Below are positions 42,796-56,200 of a stretch of DNA of 64,000 nt, one piece after another. A program made the position numbers and the translations under genes. The stretch's first letter is position 1, and each line of letters starts with the position of its first letter. The notes under the pieces were generated by a model that was not told the origin of the DNA, did no database searches, and worked only from the letters and a program-made list of their open reading frames with translations. This DNA is from Caecitellus pseudoparvulus (Eukaryota > Protista > Bigyra: Bicosoecida), in the NCBI GenBank assembly GCA_965644315.1, contig CBFFRQ010000038.1:124001-188000 (forward strand). The letters are read 5' to 3'.

Positions 42796-45300
42796 TCACC
42801 CAGCAAAGCCCCCGGCTCGTCTCCGCACTACATACTCAAACGCTGGGCGCATGTGAGCCCTCCACAGCTCCGCGCAGACTTCCTCGCTGATGCTCTCAGG
42901 CCTCTTCGTCCACCCTTCCTCCATCTCCCTCATCAGCACCTCAGGCGTCATGGACATACACTTCTCCATGAAGTTCAGGTGCCGCTTCAATGCAAGCCCA
43001 TTCTCTTTTTGTTGCACCAGCGCCTTGTACGTCTCCTCCAGCACGGTTGACTGCAGCAGCGCAAGAAATGAGTCTTCCACTGCTCCGATCTGCGACACGA
43101 GAACACACAAGCCAGTCGTGAGCCGGACCCACACTCCCAAGATCTTTCACAGGCGTCGGGACATGCAGGGCACTCACTCCTATGCGAACAAAGGCGCACT
43201 TCACACTCAGCACAGCATCCGGGTTCACTGTACCGTCCTCCACCCTGCTCACAGCTTTGCGGATGCGCTTCCGATCTCCTTCAGACAGCGTTTTTAGATC
43301 CTCTTTGAAGTGCTCCTCAACATCGGCCACCATGCGCGCCCGCACCCGCCCAAACAGTGCACGCCCCAGGCGGTCATCCAGCAGCCCTGTCCAGTCTGCA
43401 TCACTCACACCCTTTGGCCTCCACACTCGTGCGCTGGGCACATCACCCGAGTGCTCGACCACATTCAAGCGCATGCATGCTCCCATGAACGACCCGTGGC
43501 TCTTCAATGCCTCCACATCATATGGCCGCGCAACCAGCAATTTGTACGTCTCATTCAGCATACTTGGCTGCAGCATGACTTCCACAGAGTCCGCCACTGC
43601 CACGTTCTGCAACGCGAACACAGCGACAATCTGGGCCAGCCTCGCATACGCCACGCTCCGCAAGCACTCACCGACATGCAAACGAAAGCCTCCTTCGCAC
43701 TGACCACAGCAGCCTTGTCCACATCGGCACCGTCCAGGTTTGCGAAGGCGTCCCTCACTCGCTCCCTGTCTCCTTCCGGCAGCCGCCTCAACGCGGCTGC
43801 AAAGCACCGCTCCCCTTTCTCCTTCAAACGCGCCACAGCCGTCCCAAACACAGCACACTTCAGGGCGGGCCGGAGGTGATCTTCCAGCAACTCTGACCAG
43901 ACTTCCTCGCCCACACCCTCAGGCTTCATGTGTTTTGTAGTCAGGCCCTTGGACTCAAGCCAGGTCAAGCTAACAAACATGCAGTGTTTCAGGAACTCCC
44001 GAAGACGCCCCAGTCCAGCCACATCTTCCACTGACCCCACCAGCGCCTTGTACGATGCCTCCAGCATGTCCCGCTGCAGCATTGCAACTGTTGACTCAAC
44101 TATCACACACAACTGCACAGGCGCACGTACACGCTCAATGCATGGACCAGCCACACTCACGGCAAGCCGCACATACACTCACCTCTTTACGCGCAATGGC
44201 GCACCTCGCACAGGCCACAGCAGCAATGTTGGTATCTTCATCGTCCAGCTTCTCAAGCGCCTCCTCCACACGCTCCCTGTCAACTGCCGACAGATGCTTC
44301 AGGGCGCGCGGCATGTCGTGCTCCGCCTCCGCCGTCATCCTCCCCACAGCGGCCGAGAACTGCTCACGCTGCAGAGCGGGACGCACGTGATCCTCCAGCA
44401 GCTCTCTCCAGGCACCCTCGCTCACACCCTCAGGTGCCTGCGTCCACCCCTCCTCGATCTTGCCCAGCAACGCCGCAGTCGTCTCCACCATGATGCCGGC
44501 CATGAGCCCCGCGAGGCGCTCCACAGCAGCCACGTCCTCGGCAGGCCCCACCACGGCAGTGTGCAGCGCCTTCAGTACGTCTACCTGCACCAGTGCGGCC
44601 ACTGTGCTCGCCACACGCAGCTCCTGCGCAGGCAGCCTTGCTGTGTGAGTCAGCCATGCGCACACGGGCATGCTACGCACTGCGTCCACTCACTGCACGT
44701 ATGAAAGCCCACTTGGCACTGCTGACAGCAGTTGTGTTGACATCGGCGTCGTCCAGTCGCTGGAAGGCTTTCTTCACTTGCTCCTTGTCGGGGTCGGGCA
44801 GTGTGGCCAGGGCGTCATTGAAGTGGCTCTCAAGGTCCAGCACTTGCGTCATGTCCAGGAAGTCACTCTGTGCACCAGCATTGTGGGAAAGGGTGCTCTC
44901 ACGCAGCATTACCAGTGTGCGTGGCGGTGCTCACTGGGGCGCCTTCGATGACAGCAGTAGCCTGTTGCATAGTGTGCGCATCCACCCCAGCAGAGGCAAG
45001 GCGGGCGGGCAGCGCGAAGACACAGCTCTCGTGCTGAAACGCCACCGCGCGCCGCCAATCCAAACCCTCAATCTCGCGCTGGCTTGCCCGTGGGGAGAGC
45101 GTGCTGGGCCCTCCACCTGGGCTGAGCGGCGAGGGCGAATGTAGGGAAGGAAACCCATGTGCATAGACTTCCTTCGGGCGCTGCTGCGTCGGCGTCGTGC
45201 ACGATGCAGAAGTAAAGGCATGGCGTGCAATTTCCGCAAGCCCCTTGGGTGGAACTGGGCGCTGGGCACGCAGTGCGGCTTGCAACGCGACAGTCAGCAT
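42796..45300 (-). CDS. Exon-repeat protein, paralog 1 (repeats only; no NTPase or nuclease)
   Basis: Phase-0 exons including 44623-44183 (441 nt), 44112-43672 (441 nt), 43606-43178 (429 nt) and last exon 43089-42796; homologous to the N-terminal exons of the CR gene. Start uncertain. Confidence 0.7.
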
Positions 45301-45719
45301 CGCAACTTGTCCTTGTGTGATCGACAAACGTGGGAGCCAAAGTAGGGCAGGGCCCTTTTGGGTGGTGGGGCTGCATTAGATTTTGAAGCTTGACAGAGCT
45401 TGATAACGCTCGGGCATTGCCAGGTGGTGCACGTCCCACCACAGCACGATCAGTCTACAGCGACGAGGGTGGCACAAAAGCAGAACCAGCGCTTGTGTGT
45501 GCTACCCTGTCAACGGCAAGAAGGCTGGAGTACAGCACCCTTTCCCCCTGCCATGCTGCCGAGCGGATGGACCGAAGTCAAGCAGAGCCAGAAACTTGGG
45601 ATGGGCGGAGCCGGACACCTTTGAGATCTCTGTAAAATCCACAATCTCAACACAAGGGCTGGAGAGGAGAAAGGGCCATCCACGTCCCTGCCCTTTACAG
45701 CCATAAGCGTGGGCTCGCG

Positions 45720-45895
45720 ATGGCTGCTCTGGAGGCGCCTGCGGAAGTTATGGGGAGTTCGGGAGATGTTTCCTCGGCAGCGAAAGCCAGTTCACAAGTG
45801 CAGGTGGTGGTGCAGGGCGCCGGGGAGCCAGTGCAGCATGATTTAGAAGCCTATACGTGGCTGAGAATGGTGATACTCTCCGATACCCACAACAG
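45720..45895 (+). pseudogene. 5' exon fragment of a metallophosphoesterase (MPPED-like)
   Basis: MAALEAPAEV...WLRMVILSDTHNR followed by a GT donor; SDTH is motif I of calcineurin-like phosphoesterases. Later motifs (GD, GNHE) not seen. Confidence 0.5.
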
Positions 45896-46438
45896 GTGCG
45901 CGAGCTTTCACCCTGGAGGGCACCGCCACGTCACACGCCTCGCTGTGCCAAGCCCGTTCAAATCCCTGATCATTTGCATAATATGCCTGCCAGGCAGTGC
46001 CCGGTGCCCCATTGGTATATGCTGCCTTCGAACCCAGCACCATGCCTCGGCCCAGCGTCTGAAGGGCGCCCGCGGTCTATGGACTTGAAGCACGCACCGA
46101 AGCACGCACCGAAGCACGCCCCAGACCATGTATTGCTTGAGCAAGCAACCACACTGCTGCAGACCACGGCAACCCAACAGGCTTCAAGCGGGGCGCAGGC
46201 GAAGGCTGTCAGATCGACGCAAGGGGAGCTCATGCTTGGGAGACCAGCCGATCTGCCATGGCTAGCATGCCTCGTGTGGTGAATGTCTTGAACACTGCAT
46301 TCGGGGCATGACGTGAGCCCCGAACGCGCATGCGCTGCTGTGGCACGTTGCTCATCTGCTCTCGCTTCATTGGGCTTCACTCCATGCTTGGCACAAGCAC
46401 AGTGCTTACTGCCTCAGATGGCGGCAGGCGCTTGCTGG

Positions 46439-48938
46439 TCACCCAACAAAGCCCCCGGCTCGTGTCCGCACTACATACTCAAACGCTGGGCGCATGTGAG
46501 CCCTCCACAGCTCCGTGCAGACTTCCTCGCTGATGCTCTCAGGCCTCTTCGTCCACCCTTCCTCCATCTCCCTCATCAACACCTCAGGCCGCATCAACAT
46601 ACACTTCTCCATGAAGTTCAGGTGCCGCTTCAATGCTACCCCATTCTCTTTTTGCTGCACCAGCGCCTTGTACGTCTCTTCCAGCACGGTTGACTGCAGC
46701 AGCGCAAGAAATGAGCCCTCCTTTGCTCTGATCTGCGACACGAGAACACACAAGCCAGTCGTGAGCCGGGCCCACACTCCCAAGATCTTTCACAGGCGTC
46801 GAGACATGCAGGGCACTCACTCCCATGCGAACAAAGGCGCACTTCACACTCAGCACAGCATCCGGGTTCACCGTACCGTCCTCTACATTTCTCACAGCTT
46901 CGCTGATGCGCTTCCGGATTTCTTCAGACAGCGTCTTCAGAGCCTCGTCGAAATGCTCCTCAACATCGGCCACCATGCGCGCCCGCATCCGCCCAAACAG
47001 TGCACGCCCCAGGCGGTCGTCCAGCAGCCCTGTCCAGTCTGCATCGCTCACACCCTTTGGCCTCCACACTCGTGTGCTGGGCACATCACCCGAGTGCTCT
47101 ACCACATTCAAACACATGCATGTTCCCATGAACCACCCGTGGCTATCCAATGCCTCCACATCATATGGCTGCGCAACCAGCAATTTGTACGACTCATTCA
47201 GCATACTTGGCTGCAGCATGACTTCCACAGAGTCCGCCACTGCATCGTCCTGCAACGCGAACACAGCGACAATCTGAGCCAGCCTCGCACGCCAAGCTCC
47301 GCAAGCACTCACCCCGCAACACACAAAAGCCTCCTTTGCACTGACCACAGCTGCCTTGTCCACATCGGCACCGTCCAGGTTTGCGAAGGCGTCCCTCACT
47401 CGCTCCCTGTCTCCTTCGGGTAGAGAGGCCAGGACTGGTTCAAAGCGCCGCTCCCCTTTCTCCTTCAAACGCGCCACAGCCGTCCCAAACACAGCACACT
47501 TCAGGGCGGGGCGCAAGTTGTTCGTCAGCAACTCTGACCAGACTTCCTCGCTCACACCCTCAGGCTTCATGCGCTTTGTAGTCAGGCCCTTAGACTCTAG
47601 CCGAGTCAAGCTAACAAACATGCAGTGCTCCAGGAACTCCCGGAGACGCTCCAGTCCTGCAACATCCTCCGCCGACCCCACCAACGCCTCATACGATGCC
47701 TCCAGCATGCCCGGCTGCAGCACTGCAACTACTGATTCAACTTTCATGCACACCTGCGAAGGCGTACACACTCGAACTCAATGGCCAAGCCACACTCACG
47801 GCAAGCCGCACATACACTCACCTCTTTACGCGCAATGGCGCACCTCGCACAGGCCACAGCAGCAACGTTGGCGTTCTCAGCACCCAGCTTCTCGAGCGCC
47901 TCCTCCACACGCTCCCTGTCAACTGCCGACAGATGCCTCAGGGCGCGCGACATGTCCCCCTCACCCTCCGCCGTCATCCTCCCCACAGCGGCCGAGAACT
48001 GCTCACGCTGCAGGGCGGGACGCATGTAGTCGGCCAGCAGCTCTGTCCAGGCGCCCTCCCTCACACCCTCAGGTGCCTGCCTCCACCCCTCCTCGATCTT
48101 GCCCAGCAACGCCGCAGTCGTCTCCACCATGATGCCGGCCATGAGCCCCGCGAGGCGCTCCACCGCAGCCACGTCCTCGGCAGGCCCCACCACGGCAGTG
48201 TGCAGCGCCTTCAGTACGTCTGGATCCACCAGTGCGGCCACTGTGCTCGCCACGCGCAGCTCCTGCGCAGGCAGCCTTGCTGTGTGAGTCAGCCATGCAT
48301 ACACGGGCAGGCCACGCATTGCGTCCACTCACCGCGCGTATGAAAGCCCACTTGGCACTGCTGACGGCAGTCGCGTTGACATTGGCGCCATCCAGTCGCT
48401 GGAAGGCCTCCTCCACTTGCTCCTTGTCGGGGTCGGGCAGTGTGGCCAGGGCGTCCTTGAAGTGGCTCGCAAGGTCCAGCACTTGCGTCTTGTCCAGGCA
48501 GTGACTCTGCACACCAGCACAAAGGGGAGGGTGCACCCACACAGCATTACCAGTGTGCGCGGCGGTGCTCACTGGAGCGCCTTTGATGACAGCAGTAGCC
48601 TGTTGCATAGTGCGTGCATCCGGCCCAGCAGAGGCAAAGTGGGCGGGCAGCGCGAAGACAGAGCTCTCGTGCTGAAACGCCAGCGCGCGCTTCCACTCCA
48701 CACCCTCAATCTCGCGCTGGCTTCCCCGTGGGGAGAGCGTGCTGGGCCCTCCATCTGGGCTGAGCGGCGAGGGCGAATGTAGGGAAGGAATCCCATGTGC
48801 ATACCCCTCCTTCGGGCGCTGCTGCGTCGGCGTCGTGCACGATGCAGAAGTAAAGGCATGGCGTGCAATTTCCGCAAGCCCCTTGGGTGGAATTGGGCGC
48901 TGGGCACGCAATGCGGCTTGCAACGCGACAGTCAGCAT
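46439..48938 (-). CDS. Exon-repeat protein, paralog 2
   Basis: Same exon series as paralog 1 (ELRVAST..., VESVVAVLQ..., DSVEVMLQP..., SFLALLQ...). Start uncertain. Confidence 0.7.
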
Positions 48939-49346
48939 CGCAACTTGTCCTTGTGTGATCGACAAACGTGGCAGCCAAAGTAGGGCAGGGCCCTTTTGGG
49001 TGGTGGGGCTGCATTTGGTTTTGCAGCTTGACAGTGCTTGACAACGCCCGGACATCGCAGGTCTCACCACAGTACGATCAGTCTACAGTGACGAGGGTGG
49101 CACCAGAGTAAACCGGCGCTTGCTTTTTCTGTCTTCTCGAGGACCAGTAGGCTGGAGTACATCACGCTTTCCCCTGCCATGCTGCCAAGCGGATGGACCG
49201 AAGTCAAGCAGAGCCAGAAACTGGGGATGGGCGGAGCCGGACACCTTTGAGATCTCTGTAAAAATCCACAAGCTCAACACAAGGGCTGGAGAGGAGAAAG
49301 GGTCATCCACGTCCCTGCCCTTTACAGCCATAAGCGTGGGCTCGCG

Positions 49347-49519
49347 ATGGCTGCTCTGGAGGCGCCTGCGGAAGTTGTGCGCAGTTCGGGAGATATTTCC
49401 TCAGCGGCGAAAGCCAGTTCACAAGTGCAGGTGGTGCAGGGCGCCGGGGAGCCAGTGCAGCATGATTTAGAAGCCTATACGTGGCTGACAATGGTGATAC
49501 TCTCCGATACCCACAACAG
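49347..49519 (+). pseudogene. Metallophosphoesterase 5' exon fragment, copy 2
   Basis: ...WLTMVILSDTHNR followed by a GT donor. Confidence 0.5.
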
Positions 49520-50043
49520 GTGCGCGAGCTTTCACCCTGGAGGGCACCGCCACGTCACACGCCTCGCTGTGCCAAGCCCATTCAAATCCCTGATTATTTG
49601 CACAATATGCCTGCCAGGCAGTGCCCGGTGCCCCATTGGTAAAGGCTGCCTTCGAACCCAGCACCATGCCTCGGCCCAGCGTCTGAAGGGCGCCCGCGGT
49701 CTATGGACTTGAAGCACGCACCGAAGCACGCACCGAAGCACGCCTCAGACCGTGTCTGCCTTGATTGAGCAGGCAACCACACTGCCGCAGTCCACGACAA
49801 CCCAACAGGCTTCAAGCGGGGCGCAGGCGAAGGCTGTCGGGTCGGCGCAAGGGGGGCTCATGCTTGGGACACAGGCCGATCTGCCATGGCTAGCATGCCT
49901 TGTGTGGTGAATGCATTGAACACTGCATTGGAAGGGCATGACGTGGGCCCCAAACGCGCATGCGCTGCTCTGGCACGTTGCTCGTCTGCTCTCGCTTCAT
50001 TGGACTTCACTCAACGCTTGGCACAAGCACAGTGCTCGCTGCC

Positions 50044-52570
50044 TCAGATGGTGGCGGGCGCTTGCTGGTCACCCAACGAAGCCCCCGCTCGTGTCCGCAC
50101 TACATCCTCAAACGCTGGGCGCATGTGAGCCCTCCACAGCTCCGTGCAGACTTCCTCACTGATGCTCTCAGGCCTCTTCGTCCACCCTTCCTCCATCTCC
50201 CTCATCAACACCTCAGGCGTCATGGACATGCACTTCTCCATGAAGTTCAGGTGCCGCTTCAATGCAAGCCCATTCTCTTTTTGTTGCACCAGCGCCTTGT
50301 ACGTCTCCTCCAGCACGGTTGGCTGCAGCAGCGCAAGAAATGAGTCTTCCACTGCTCCGATCTGCGACACGAGAACACACAAGCCAGTCGTGAGCCGGGC
50401 TTACACTCCCAAGATCTTTCACAGGCGTCGGGACATGCAGCGCACTCACTCCCAGACGAACAAAGGCGCACTTCGCACTCAGCACAGCATCCGGGTTCAC
50501 CTCACTTGGCTCCACCTTTCTCACAGCTTTACTGATGCGTTCCTGGTCTCCTTCAGACAGCGTCTTCAGGTCCTCCTCGAAATGCTCCTCAACATCGGCC
50601 ACCATGCGCGCCCGCATCCGCCCAAACAGTGCACGCCCCAGGCGGTCATCCAGCAGCCCTGTCCAGTCTGCATCGCTCACACCCTTTGGCCTCCGCACTC
50701 GTGCGCTGGGTACATCACCCGAGTGCTCGACCACATTCAAGCGCATGCATGCCTGCATGAACGCCCCGTGACGCTTCAATGCAGCCACATCATATGGCCG
50801 CGCAACCAGCAATTTGTACGTCTCGCTCAGCATACTTGGCTGCAGCATGACTTCCGCAGAGTCCGCCACTGCTACGTTCTGCAACGCGAACACAGTGACA
50901 CTGTGAGCCAGCCTCGCACACGCAAAACCAAGTCAAGCCAGCACTCACCGACATGCAAACGAAAGCCTCCTTTGCACTGACCACAGCAGTCTTGTCCACA
51001 TCGGCACCGTCCAGGTTTGCAAAGGCTTTCACCACTCGCTCCCTGTCTTCATCCGGCAGCCGCCTCAACGCGGCTGCAAAGCGCCGCTCCCCTTTCTCCT
51101 TCAGGCGCGCCACAGCCGTCCCAAACACAGCACGCTTCAGGGCGGGGCGCAAGTTGTTCGTCAGCAACTCTGACCAGACTTCCTCGCTCACACCCTCAGG
51201 CTTCATATGTTGCGTAGTCAGGCCCTTAGACTCTAGCCGAGTCAAGCTAACAAACATGCAGTGCGCAAGGAACTCCCGGAGACGCTCCAGTCCTGCAACA
51301 TCCTCCGCCGACCCCACCAACGCCTTGTACGCTGCCCCAAGCATGCCTGGCTGCAGCACCGCGACTGTTGACTCAACTATCAAACACACCTGCGAAGGCG
51401 TACGCTCGCCCAATGGCCAAGCCACACACACGGCAAGTTGCATCAACACTCACCCCTGTACGTGCAATGGCGCACTTCGCACAGGCCACAGCAGCAACGT
51501 TGGCGTTCTCAGCACCCAGCTTCTCGAGCGCCTCCTCCACACGCTCCCTGTCAACTGCCGACAGATGCCTCAGGGCGCGCGACATGTCCCCCTCACCCTC
51601 CGCCGTCATCCTCCCCACAGCGGCCGAGAACTGCTCACGCTGCAGGGCGGGACGCATGTAGTCGGCCAGCAGCTCTGTCCAGGCGCCCTCCCTCACACCC
51701 TCAGGTGCCTGCCTCCACCCCTCCTCGATCTTGCCCAGCAACGCCGCAGTCGTCTCCACCATGATGCCGGCCATGAGCCCCGCGAGGCGCTCCACCGCAG
51801 CCACGTCCTCGGCAGGCCCCACCACGGCAGTGTGCAGCGCCTTCAGTACGTCTGGATCCACCAGTGCGGCCACTGTGCTCGCCACGCGCAGCTCCTGCGC
51901 AGGCAGCCTTGCTGTGTGAGTCAGCCATGCATACACGGGCAGGCCACGCATTGCGTCCACTCACCGCGCGTATGAAAGCCCACTTGGCACTGCTGACGGC
52001 AGTCGCGTTGACATTGGCGCCATCCAGTCGCTGGAAGGCCTCCTCCACTTGCTCCTTGTCGGGGTCGGGCAGTGTGGCCAGGGCGTCCTTGAAGTGGCTC
52101 GCAAGGTCCAGCACTTGCGTCTTGTCCAGGCAGTGACTCTGCACACCAGCACAAAGGGGAGGGTGCACCCACACAGCATTACCAGTGTGCGCGGCGGTGC
52201 TCACTGGAGCGTCTTTGATGACAGCAGTAGCCTGTTGCATAGTGCGTGCATCCGGCCCAGCAGAGGCAAAGTGGGCGGGCAGCGCGAAGACAGAGCTCTC
52301 GTGCTGAAACGCCAGCGCGCGCTTCCACTCCACACCCTCAATCTCGCGCTGGCTTCCCCGTGGGGAGAGCGTGCTGGGCCCTCCATCTGGGCTGAGCGGC
52401 GAGGGCGAATGTAGGGAAGGAATCCCATGTGCATACCCCTCCTTCGGGCGCTGCTGCGTCGGCGTCGTGCACGATGCAGAAGTAAAGGCATGGCGTGCAA
52501 TTTCCGCAAGCCCCTTGGGTGGAATTGGGCGCTGGGCACGCAATGCGGCTTGCAACGCGACAGTCAGCAT
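50044..52570 (-). CDS. Exon-repeat protein, paralog 3
   Basis: Same exon series; C-terminus shifted to ...RAGASLGDQQAPATI*. Start uncertain. Confidence 0.7.
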
Positions 52571-52978
52571 CGCAACTTGTCCTTGTGTGATCGACAAACG
52601 TGGCAGCCAAAGTAGGGCAGGGCCCTTTTGGGTGGTGGGGCTGCATTTGGTTTTGCAGCTTGACAGTGCTTGACAACGCCCGGACATCGCAGGTCTCACC
52701 ACAGTACGATCAGTCTACAGTGACGAGGGTGGCACCAGAGTAAACCGGCGCTTGCTTTTTCTGTCTTCTCGAGGACCAGTAGGCTGGAGTACATCACGCT
52801 TTCCCCTGCCATGCTGCCAAGCGGATGGACCGAAGTCAAGCAGAGCCAGAAACTGGGGATGGGCGGAGCCGGACACCTTTGAGATCTCTGTAAAAATCCA
52901 CAAGCTCAACACAAGGGCTGGAGAGGAGAAAGGGCCATCCACGTCCCTGCCCTTTACAGCCATAAGCGTGGGCTCGCG

Positions 52979-53151
52979 ATGGCTGCTCTGGAGGCGCCTG
53001 CGGAAGTTGTGCGCAGTTCGGGAGATATTTCCTCAGCGGCGAAAGCCAGTTCACAAGTGCAGGTGGTGCAGGGCGCCGGGGAGCCAGTGCAGCATGATTT
53101 AGAAGCCTATACGTGGCTGACAATGGTGATACTCTCCGATACCCACAACAG
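52979..53151 (+). pseudogene. Metallophosphoesterase 5' exon fragment, copy 3
   Basis: Same as copy 2; transposon copy B inserts about 50 bp downstream. Confidence 0.5.
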
Positions 53152-53200
53152 GTGCGCGAGCTTTCACCCTGGAGGGCACCGCCACGTCACACGCCTCGCT

Positions 53201-56200
53201 CGTGTGAACGAGAATAAGTTTATAGACTGGGTACGGCACTTGTCGGCAAAGGAGTGAGTGTTGGGGTGTGAAGCTGTGTTTGGGGCCAAGTACAAAGAAT
53301 TTAAACAGCATTGGGACACTATTGCGCTCACTTGCATGGGCCGTTTGCTTGATATTGAGGCAAGTTTGGGACGTGTTTTGGTGGGCAACTTTGTCCTCGA
53401 CTGTTGCGTTGTCCCACAGGACCATCCAGGCGCTCCCCATGAGTGAAACCAAACCGAAAGTCCATGAATTCACGAGATCTTGTGTCTTTGTAGTTAAGGC
53501 ATCTTCTGATCGTCTCTCTCTGGAGAAAACCACCAATCAGCACCGACCGCTGCGGAATGCGGAACTTGACCAGCCGCCCCAGAGGCTCCGGCGCCTAGTA
53601 CACGCTCAGGAGCTCAGTTGCGGCAACAAGAGTCAGGTTCCTACGTCTTTAAGTTGAGATGATGCTTTGTAGCCTGATTAATTGTGCTGAATTGTCTTGT
53701 AGACTGAGATAGATGGATGTGGAAGCTGTTGTCCTCTTAGTGACTATCTCCTCTTACTGTGACTCCAAACTCTTACCCTTCATCCACCTCCAGACACTCA
53801 ATTTTCACTATCTTTTCATCAAAACTGGGTATTAATAGAAAAATATAAGAGACATTAGAATATTCAAAGGTGTGGTAGGCTTCTTTTTCGTTTCATGTGC
53901 TCAGGAGACTCGGCAAGCGGCCCGGCGTGGCGTTTCATCTGGCACTCTTACATGGTCGAGTTCCATGTGGACCCACAGAGGGTGTGGTAGAGTACGGGAT
54001 GGCTATGATCCTACAAGAAGCGTTATTTGGTGGCATACATTTCGCGGCGTAAAATAAGCTCAGAACTGCTTCGTTCTTTGTGGGTTTGGAGGCCGTCTTT
54101 GTTGGACTGGCTCTGGGGTGAAACTCCGGTGAAACTTGGCCGGTCAGAAAGCGCATGCGCTCGTGCGCCGCGGCCGTTTAGACAGATTCCGCATGGGTTT
54201 GTTACCCATGGACCTCTTTTTCCCACCAGTACGAGCTTTCGTCTTGGCCCCACCGACGTGGGCTTCTATCTTGGCCGCCCCACCCTTTGGACTGACCTTG
54301 GCCCCCGCACGTTCGTGGCCTGTCTCGGCCCCACTCCGCTTTTGCGTCTTGACCTCTTCATCTTGGACAGCTGCCTCCGCCTGCATCTTTTGGGCTACCT
54401 TCCTCACCTGTCCTTCCGTTGCGTGTGCTGCAGAGGCAACCCGTGATACCAACGTTTTCTCGCTATAGGGGCAGGTCCCATCCTTGCGGGCCTGCTGCTC
54501 CTCCAGGAACAGCTGGCGAATCTCATGTTCTAACTCCGGGGTGACAGACGAGGTGGCCCTGTGGTACAGGGGCAAACCAGAGGCCTTGACTTCCTCGAAG
54601 GTTGGTGGGGCGGGTGGAACCGGGTTGCGTTGAAGCGCCGCAGTGATCTCTCCATCACCGAGGCCAGTGACACTAGAGCACAACGCAGACAGCAGATCCA
54701 AGCTGTCTGCTGCTTTGCCCGCCTTGGATCGGGTCTCACGCTCGCGGCTGTGCGAGTTGGTGTACTTAGACAGCAGCTTGGCAGCAGTGGCTTGGTTCCT
54801 CTCCAGCCAGTACAGTGTCAGGTTCATCTTGGCCACATCGAGGCGGGTTGAAGTCCCTGCCGTCACCATGTCTCGCATCCCAGCGTGTAGGCTTTCGTTT
54901 CCCCCTGTTGTCGTCGCGCCGTGAACCGCATCTCGCCCATTCATCAGACCCTGAATGCCGACTAAGTTGTTGCATGAGGCCTTGACCCGGGATCGAGTCA
55001 GTGCGTAGGGGGATCCTTTCTGAAGGATGCCGTGGGTGGGAGCACCGCGTACAACAGATGTGGCACCACTCTCGCTGGGGGGCGCCCAGACTACCTCGAA
55101 GAGCTTGGCAACCCGCTTCAGCTCAGCCTGAGCTTGGCTCACGTTGTCTGGACCCACGTGCAGAGGAAGCATGGGAACGGCACCTTCACCTTCATGTACA
55201 CCTTCAGCAGTCACAGTGAATGGCTGGCCGCGGGAGCGGCGATGCAGCATGCCGGCAGCAGCGGCACACACAGCTGCCAAGGCGAGGGGGACGTGCTCGC
55301 GAAGCCTTGCAGCAGCCCCGACTGCACGCGCTGGCCCGTACACAGCCCACCCAAACTTGGCAAGGAAGGACTTGACCACCCCCTGCTGTCCCTGGCTCAG
55401 GGGCTTGCGTGCAAGGATAGCATGGGCGCAAGCTTTGAATCCCTGGATCGCTTCCCTTGCAGAGGGCAGGTCATTCAACTGCTTGTCAATGTCTCGCTCT
55501 GGCAGCATCAAGCGCGAAGACACTTCCGTTCTGGGGGGCGTCCGTATCCAGTGAACAGTGTCAAACCACAGCCTTGACATCATCTTGCCATCTTGGTGCA
55601 CGGATTTGCTGGGTATGGTCTTGGTCACGCGGCTGGCGAAGTGCCACGGGTCTACCGCGAACCGCACCACGCCTTTCTTTAGCAGTGGGAAGTGCACGTC
55701 GATGATTTTCTGTAGGGTGTGCTGGTGGGTCCTGAGGTTGTCCACTGTGATGACGATGGGGTGGGACGCACCCGGGCCGCGCTCCCGCAGGTGTCCCTTC
55801 AGCTTGCACAGTAAGAAGTCCAGGACCCAGGCCAGGTTGGCCCCACTCTCGTGGCCCGTGAGCATGGGACACTGCAAGATGAAGCCGTATCGTCCCACAA
55901 CCGTGGCTATGCAGGGAGCTACCCGCCACCGGGTTGTGCCTCTGGCCCGAGTTGCTGTGGCAGTGCCACCGCTGCCATCCCCTGTGCACGCTGCCAAAGC
56001 CTGCGCATCGCCTGTGTCTTCACCAGCTTCATCATCATCTCCATCTGGATGTTCTCCGTCGCACTCCTGCCCTTCAGGCCCGGCAGGCTCATCAGTAGCT
56101 TGCGTGGTGTCATGTTGCCCAGGCCTCGGACCAACCACGTGCACCCGTGCGGAGGATGCGAAGGTCCAGTCCACGCTGATGGTGTCAGCGAAGCGCGCTA

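Noticed and set aside
46087-46119. 12-bp tandem gaagcacgcacc, about 2.7 copies (also at about 49711 and 58817)
   Set aside because: Simple local slippage copied along with the array unit; no evidence of function.
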